The notes below the pieces were generated by a model that was given only the letters and a program-made list of their open reading frames with translations, had not been told where the DNA came from and made no database searches. Made by a program: the position numbers and the translations under genes. 63,261 bases of DNA from the IMG/VR virus record IMGVR_UViG_3300026156_000001, positions 1 to 63,261 of that record. One strand, written 5' to 3'. How positions within the stretch are numbered: position 1 is the stretch's first letter; each line of letters starts with the position of its first letter. The stretch comes from a virus (Duplodnaviria > Caudoviricetes). Below are positions 57,882 to 63,261 of the stretch, in pieces.

Positions 57882-59843
57882 TTAGAATAAATCGTTTGCA
57901 GTAATACTTTTGTCGTGTTTTGTGTACTCCACAGGTCTCTTAGCAAAAAAGTCATCAAGGGAATTAGCAAACACCTCTTCTTCAAACCATTGCATAGGTT
58001 TATATTCTTCCGAAGTAATATTAAATATTTTGTCTAATCCTATATTAGTTAAACTCTCATCTGCTCTAAACTTCATAAAATTTACTAAGTCTTTTTTACT
58101 AATACATTCAATTTCCCCTTTTTCAAAGATCCAATCCAAGATTTCTGATTCCACAGAAATGGAGTACTCTATAAGGTTAGAAATTTCTTGTTTGATGTTT
58201 TCATCAAAAAAATCAGGATTTTCATTCTTTATTTGGTTGATGATGTAGATGCCCGCATTGGCATGCACTTGCTCATCTACTGAAGTCCAAGCAATGATGT
58301 TGCTCACGTTTTTCATATAACCTTTGAAACGAGTAAATGATAGTACAATACCGAACTGGCTAAAAAGTGAAACATTCTCAATCAAAATAGAGAACAGAAT
58401 CAGTGAAAACACATATTTTTTAGGATCATCGGAATTACTGTGCTGTAATGCCTTGTTTAAATACTCTATTCTTTTTTTAATAACAGGCTCTTCCACCAAG
58501 TTTCTAAATTCGTCATCGTAACCCAATACAGATAATAATTGTGAGTATGCTTCTGAATGACGAAATTCACAATTACCAGATATTAAAACTTTGTTATTCA
58601 ACCTTGTAACTATACAACCTGTGGGAACGGTTACACAATGAATAGTTCCTTCATATTGCTCTTCGGTTATGTCAGATACGGTAGATGAAAAATTATCTCG
58701 TTTTAAAAAATTAACTTTATAAATATCATTATAAGTCTCTTTTCTTTTGTCTTCGTGTACTGTTAGATTCGATCTGTATGCTGCGAACATACCAATAGCT
58801 TGAACAATATCTGCGTTTTCTTTACTTGTGGTAGAATAAGAACCTGTACAAGTTTTATTATTATGTTTACCTATAAGATTATGTCCATCCCATTTCAAGA
58901 GTTCTTCAATAAATTCATTACACCAAACATGAGATTTATTTTCTAAATCTACCCACTCAAAAGACTTGTGAGAGTAGTCGGATTTAGGCATATCTACTTC
59001 AAATCTGGTAAGTTCTTTTTCTGATATATTGTATTCTCTATATGTAACACCTGTGTTTTTTAGTAACTCTCTTAACCTTTCTATTTTCTTTTCTTTTTTG
59101 AAAGTTAGTTCGTATGTGTTACAACCTGTACTAAGTCCTCTATTAATTCTTGTACCTTTTTTATTTCTCCAGAATCTTTCACATCCATCTGCTTGGATAG
59201 CTATCTTCAACCTATCCAAATCAGAAAGATTATCTACTTCTCCTGTTTTTCTACCGATATATGGTAACTTCATAGAGCTTGTTAGACTCTTTATGTCTTT
59301 GATTTTACGTTCTCTGATTATACCATGTAGGGTTTTATATATTATTCGGTGATTTGGAGTTAACATTGCAAAGTTACTACCGTTATCTATTTTGTAGATA
59401 GTACCTGTGTATTTCTCATTAACTATATTTGATGGAACTACTGTGCTATACTCACAAGTTTTAGTATCATATTGAATAACGCGATCTCCTTGTTTTAAAT
59501 CTCTAAAATCTAACCATCCTTCTGGTGTTAGTATTTCTGTTCCTTCTACATGACACTCTGCAAAAGTACTCCCTAGTCCATTAAATTCAGGCTTTGGGAG
59601 GTGTTTATATAGATCTCCCCAAAAAGACTTTACTGCTACTTCTATTTGTGCGATAGGTAGTAAACTTCTTTTGATGGCTTCTTTCTCGTGTGGTTCTAAA
59701 TGAGCATGAAAATCTTGAATGTCTGCTGTAAAATCTAGTTCAGAATGTACCCAAAAAGATTTGTTGATCATATCGGTAAACTTACTGATTTCTGGGTACT
59801 CGAAAGGTTTGTAGTTGGTTCTTTTTTTAAAAATATCTGGCAT
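57882..59843 (-). CDS. nrdB: class I ribonucleotide reductase beta subunit, intein-containing
   Basis: YKPFEYP, QIEVAVK, E..HSEAY, IENVSLFSQF, DEQVH, DFFAKRPVEY; 325 aa after intein removal. Confidence 0.93.
   Translation of the reverse strand: MPDIFKKRTNYKPFEYPEISKFTDMINKSFWVHSELDFTADIQDFHAHLEPHEKEAIKRSLLPIAQIEVAVKSFWGDLYKHLPKPEFNGLGSTFAECHVEGTEILTPEGWLDFRDLKQGDRVIQYDTKTCEYSTVVPSNIVNEKYTGTIYKIDNGSNFAMLTPNHRIIYKTLHGIIRERKIKDIKSLTSSMKLPYIGRKTGEVDNLSDLDRLKIAIQADGCERFWRNKKGTRINRGLSTGCNTYELTFKKEKKIERLRELLKNTGVTYREYNISEKELTRFEVDMPKSDYSHKSFEWVDLENKSHVWCNEFIEELLKWDGHNLIGKHNNKTCTGSYSTTSKENADIVQAIGMFAAYRSNLTVHEDKRKETYNDIYKVNFLKRDNFSSTVSDITEEQYEGTIHCVTVPTGCIVTRLNNKVLISGNCEFRHSEAYSQLLSVLGYDDEFRNLVEEPVIKKRIEYLNKALQHSNSDDPKKYVFSLILFSILIENVSLFSQFGIVLSFTRFKGYMKNVSNIIAWTSVDEQVHANAGIYIINQIKNENPDFFDENIKQEISNLIEYSISVESEILDWIFEKGEIECISKKDLVNFMKFRADESLTNIGLDKIFNITSEEYKPMQWFEEEVFANSLDDFFAKRPVEYTKHDKSITANDLF
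58572..59555 (-). mobile_element. intein (328 aa) with LAGLIDADG-type endonuclease
   Basis: TFAE|CHVEGTEILT...LTPNH...IAIQADG...LLKWDG...HCVTVPTG...ISGN|CEFRH. Confidence 0.92.
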
Positions 59844-59926
59844 GGTTTTGTTTTTTAGATTGAGCGTAAAGGTAATGAATATAAGTTCAAATCCAGTAAC
59901 AATTTAAGTGCTTAGTTACTAAATTT

Positions 59927-60613
59927 TTATACCTTCTCCAATTGTTTTTCGTTAAATATATGTAGCATACCAGCACTATTTTCTCTTTGGCTTCTTTCGT
60001 GTTCTACAACCAGTCTCACGTCTCCTTGTGAGTTGGTAAATACAGAAACTACCTCTCCTACAAACGCATAACCGTTAATTTTTTCTACCTTATCTCCTAT
60101 CTTAAATTTATAATCTGTTGTAGTTTTTGGTTCAGAACTTTTTCTATATTCTAACTCTTCTTTGAAAAGTTTTTTTAGTGATAGGAGACCTTCAACATAA
60201 CCATTATTTAGAATATTTTCAATATGGTCTGTCTCTAAGTCTTTTATTAATGTATATTTTGTTTCGGGTAACTTATTCATGTTTTTGTCATAATTTACCC
60301 CCCAAAAATAAATATCTCTAGGTTCAATAAATCCTTTTTCTATCAACCATTCTGTTTCTTCTTTATGAAACCAAAATCCAAGTTTGTTTTCGAATATGTT
60401 AAAATACAGTAGTACTTGTGTTAATCTTAAGTCTGGATGATTTAACCAAAACTTTTCTATCTCTTCCTCTTCAAAATATGTTAGAAACTCAGAACCACAA
60501 AATAAAATCTTACTCCGTAAGTTCGATTGATTACAATCCTCGTAAAACGCCATCCTAACTTCTGGTTTTCTAAATTGTTCTAATACAATAGGTATTCTTT
60601 CTTTTAATCTCAT
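59927..60613 (-). CDS. multi-domain protein with C-terminal SH3/DfrB-like domain
   Basis: W..HPDLRLTQ, WGVNYDK..LETDHI, then FKIGDKVEKINGYAFVGEVV...VVE...GMLHIFNEKQLEKV. Confidence 0.65.
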   Translation of the reverse strand: MRLKERIPIVLEQFRKPEVRMAFYEDCNQSNLRSKILFCGSEFLTYFEEEEIEKFWLNHPDLRLTQVLLYFNIFENKLGFWFHKEETEWLIEKGFIEPRDIYFWGVNYDKNMNKLPETKYTLIKDLETDHIENILNNGYVEGLLSLKKLFKEELEYRKSSEPKTTTDYKFKIGDKVEKINGYAFVGEVVSVFTNSQGDVRLVVEHERSQRENSAGMLHIFNEKQLEKV

Positions 60614-60655
60614 GTTTAAATTTTATTTATTTGTTCAAATATACAATGTTTTTTT

Positions 60656-62563
60656 CTAAAAAACGTCCTCTGGTTTCATTTTTTTTATCTGTACTAATTC
60701 TTTCGAAACATCTAGTTTTGCTACCTTAGCACGATACATAGGGTTATCTCCATTTTCGTCAAAATAACCTCTAAACCCTTCCCTTGTTTCGTAAGTTAAA
60801 GCAGTGTAGTCTCCATCTACGTGTACATTACCACCTGTCTCCCTCTCTTTTATTTTCTCCATCTTTATTTGCATTTGTGTTCTGACACTTCTTTCTGGAT
60901 GATTTATGATTCTATGCATGATGAAGAAGTCATCTACTCTATATGGAAAATCTGCACCCCCCTGAACATCATATTTACTAGGTGCTTTTTTAAACCCTTC
61001 ATTGTTATTAGGTTGTCTTGATGCTTGTGTCCCGGGATGACCTATTAAATAAACAGAACAATATTTTTCAGTGAATACTCTTAGTTCAGATAATATTTCG
61101 TTATTATGAGCGTGAGAGTTTGGTGAAGTAACCTTGAAGAAGTTATAAGGATCTACTAATAAAGCGTTTATACCATATATCTCATATAATTTCCTTCCTA
61201 TTTCGATAACTTCTTTTACCGTATAGTGTTTCTTATTCGCTATGATCTTAAAATTATCTCTAGATCTATCAATATATTTTTTAAGTAGGTCTGGTTTATC
61301 TTTAAAATATGTGATGTCTCTACCTGTTTCAACTTCTATCAACCTCCTTCTGTTGAGTTGGTTTCTGTTTTCGGGCATCATCATTCCCCACCTCCATCCA
61401 TGAAGAATATTAGTTGATTGAGCCATGGTCAAAGTGAATATAGATTTACCTATGTTGTCGTAACCTATCCCCATATTTAAAGAGTTTGGTTTGGCTCTAA
61501 AGTATTTATCTAGTTCTCTAAACCCCCAAGTAAGTCCTTGTGGGATATTATTTAGTCTAGCTTGATCTAGGTATTTGTTTTCTTCTAGTTCATCAGATAA
61601 AAACGATAGTGTTTCTACATCTGATTTCCATTCTTTTTTTTCTGATTCTTCCTCTGGTAATTCCTCAATATCTACACCATAACCCATTTCATAGAGTTTA
61701 GCATACGCTTTTGGGTAATTACCTTCGTGTTCTAACTCTGCATATATTGCGTGGTTATTATAAGGTCTACCTGTTTCAAATGTAGATTGAGAGGTACTAA
61801 ACACATTTAAAAATAGCCCTTCTTTATGGTAACCTGCGTGGTTATCTCCTGACTTTGTGTTAGGTCTAGTAAAGCTAATCCATTGAGGATCTTCACGATT
61901 TAGTTTTTTCCATCCATGTTTTTCTAGTAGCTCGATAGCTATTTGAGGATCGTTGTTGTAAGTTGGAAACTTATTAAACGCTATCAATTCTGATTTAGAG
62001 AATCTTTTTTTAGTATCTTTTATAATACATTGATCTAACTTTTGTGATTCTAAAAATAACTCAAACCTTTCTTCTTCTGTGATGTAAGGAATGTTTTCTA
62101 AACTACCTTGTACTATTTCATAACCGTATGATGGGGATACTATAACATATCCTCCTTCCCCTCGTGTTTCTATAATAGCCTGACCATCAGAATTTCTAGC
62201 TAAATGTTTTGATGCCGATATATTCAAACATCTGTACATTAGATGATAACCTCCGCTAGATGTTTTTTGAATTACTAACTTCTTTAATAATTTCTTTGGT
62301 AATCGGGATTTAAAATCTTTGATGAACGATTTTTTATCTTTCGATTTATAAATGTCTAAATCTATTACTTCTAAATTTTTAGATATATAACCTGTAGAAA
62401 TAGCTATAGCTTTAAAATCAAAAACGTTAATCTTTTCTTCTGTTGTTTTTTCTTTTGTGAATTGAGTGAAACCCTTGTCTGGGTTCTTAGTTCCTTGTGT
62501 AATAGAGATAGGGTTTAAATCTAAAGAGAGGTATTTTTTAGCTATTTCTTTGTAGTTAGTCAT
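60656..62563 (-). CDS. Prim-Pol primase fused to DnaB-like (SF4) helicase
   Basis: N-terminal VIDLD, TSSGGYH, ETRGEGGYVIVSPS; C-terminal GYDNIGKS, LLVDPYN, IGHP. Confidence 0.88.
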   Translation of the reverse strand: MTNYKEIAKKYLSLDLNPISITQGTKNPDKGFTQFTKEKTTEEKINVFDFKAIAISTGYISKNLEVIDLDIYKSKDKKSFIKDFKSRLPKKLLKKLVIQKTSSGGYHLMYRCLNISASKHLARNSDGQAIIETRGEGGYVIVSPSYGYEIVQGSLENIPYITEEERFELFLESQKLDQCIIKDTKKRFSKSELIAFNKFPTYNNDPQIAIELLEKHGWKKLNREDPQWISFTRPNTKSGDNHAGYHKEGLFLNVFSTSQSTFETGRPYNNHAIYAELEHEGNYPKAYAKLYEMGYGVDIEELPEEESEKKEWKSDVETLSFLSDELEENKYLDQARLNNIPQGLTWGFRELDKYFRAKPNSLNMGIGYDNIGKSIFTLTMAQSTNILHGWRWGMMMPENRNQLNRRRLIEVETGRDITYFKDKPDLLKKYIDRSRDNFKIIANKKHYTVKEVIEIGRKLYEIYGINALLVDPYNFFKVTSPNSHAHNNEILSELRVFTEKYCSVYLIGHPGTQASRQPNNNEGFKKAPSKYDVQGGADFPYRVDDFFIMHRIINHPERSVRTQMQIKMEKIKERETGGNVHVDGDYTALTYETREGFRGYFDENGDNPMYRAKVAKLDVSKELVQIKKMKPEDVF

Positions 62564-62641
62564 TGTTATGATTGTTATTGTTATAGAATAAGGGGTAAAT
62601 GTTTCATTTTTTGTAACGGAATAGGGGTTATTTTGTAGCCT

Positions 62642-62932
62642 TTAAAAACTCAATGTGAATTTTTTATCTGTTTTTTCATAAGTGTATCCGAAGTGCTTAC
62701 AAATTCCACTTACTCCATTTCTTGGACTGTATGATTGACATTCTTTACCGCATTCTCCACGTTCACCAGATTGTAGAAAATGCTTACAAAAAAATTGATC
62801 GCTTCTTACTTCACTTTTTGCTAGATATACATCCATTTCTTGGATATTATTTTCTTTCATATACTGCAAGTGGTATTCTAAATTGTAGCAATACTCATCA
62901 TCTTTTTGAAAGTATAGTTTTTTATTTTTCAT
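62642..62932 (-). CDS. Cys-rich hypothetical protein
   Basis: FFC...CGKEC..YSPRNG.SG.C. Confidence 0.7.
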   Translation of the reverse strand: MKNKKLYFQKDDEYCYNLEYHLQYMKENNIQEMDVYLAKSEVRSDQFFCKHFLQSGERGECGKECQSYSPRNGVSGICKHFGYTYEKTDKKFTLSF

Positions 62933-62933
62933 T

Positions 62934-63260
62934 TTATGATTGATTTATTTTATTGAAATGATTTTTTAATAGTACATCATTCACCATATCTTTATTATAT
63001 GGTTTTCCATTCCTCCATCCTGTAGGTTGTATAACATCACCTTTTTCATTAAGGATATGAAACATCTCGAATCCTTCTGGTGCGTCAGTAAACGTTTTTA
63101 GCTTCTTAGCCTTCTTTGACCAAACAGACCTCAACTTACCTTTCCAATCTAGTATTTTAGTCCCTCTACTATCCACCCATTCGTCTATATATCCAAAGTC
63201 ATTTGATACTGTGTCGTAGTATCTTACAAATTCATTACCGTCCACCACATAACCTATAGA
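62934..63260 (-). CDS. partial CDS (5' end beyond window)
   Basis: Frame stays open to the window edge (SIGYVVDGNEF...WKGKLRSVW). Confidence 0.6.
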   Translation of the reverse strand, partial: SIGYVVDGNEFVRYYDTVSNDFGYIDEWVDSRGTKILDWKGKLRSVWSKKAKKLKTFTDAPEGFEMFHILNEKGDVIQPTGWRNGKPYNKDMVNDVLLKNHFNKINQS

Positions 63261-63261
63261 T

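Noticed and set aside
62934-63261. Window as a complete circular genome
   Set aside because: No terminal repeat; joining the ends gives the last ORF an in-frame stop at 27-29 with no start codon

Overview
AT-rich dsDNA tailed phage, most of a genome whose right-hand ORF is cut by the window edge. The host is probably in Bacteroidota/Flavobacteriia, judging from TTG-N19-20-TAnnTTT(G/A) promoters, A-rich leaders without Shine-Dalgarno sequences and Flavobacterium-type enzymes. From recalled synteny, not a search, the gene order resembles Cellulophaga phi38:1/phi40:1-like podoviruses, distant relatives of crAss-like phages. Layout: leftward early genes (1-1.8 kb) and a 1.3-kb non-coding strand switch. 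A rightward block (3.1-42.4 kb) carries a serine recombinase, ThyA, dNMP kinase, lysis, tail-fibre, GroES-like, terminase, portal, scaffold, capsid, tail and ejection genes. A leftward block (42.8-63.3 kb) carries a half-size LeuRS, RtcB, nucleases, C5 methyltransferase, PolB, GroEL, dUTPase, class I RNR (intein in the beta subunit) and a primase-helicase. Best candidate for an undescribed system: a promoter-driven, highly structured ~340-nt RNA with a tRNA-Leu-like CUCGC-A-CCA element, convergent with an editing-less 416-aa LeuRS and close to RtcB. A second tRNA-like RNA lies at 54.6 kb. Other notable signals: an exact 58-bp in-frame copy of the capsid gene inside the gene between groEL and polB, attC-like sites around accessory genes, a DfrB-like domain, and an ART plus zincin module in the giant virion protein. 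All calls come from reading motifs by eye; no searches or folding programs were run.
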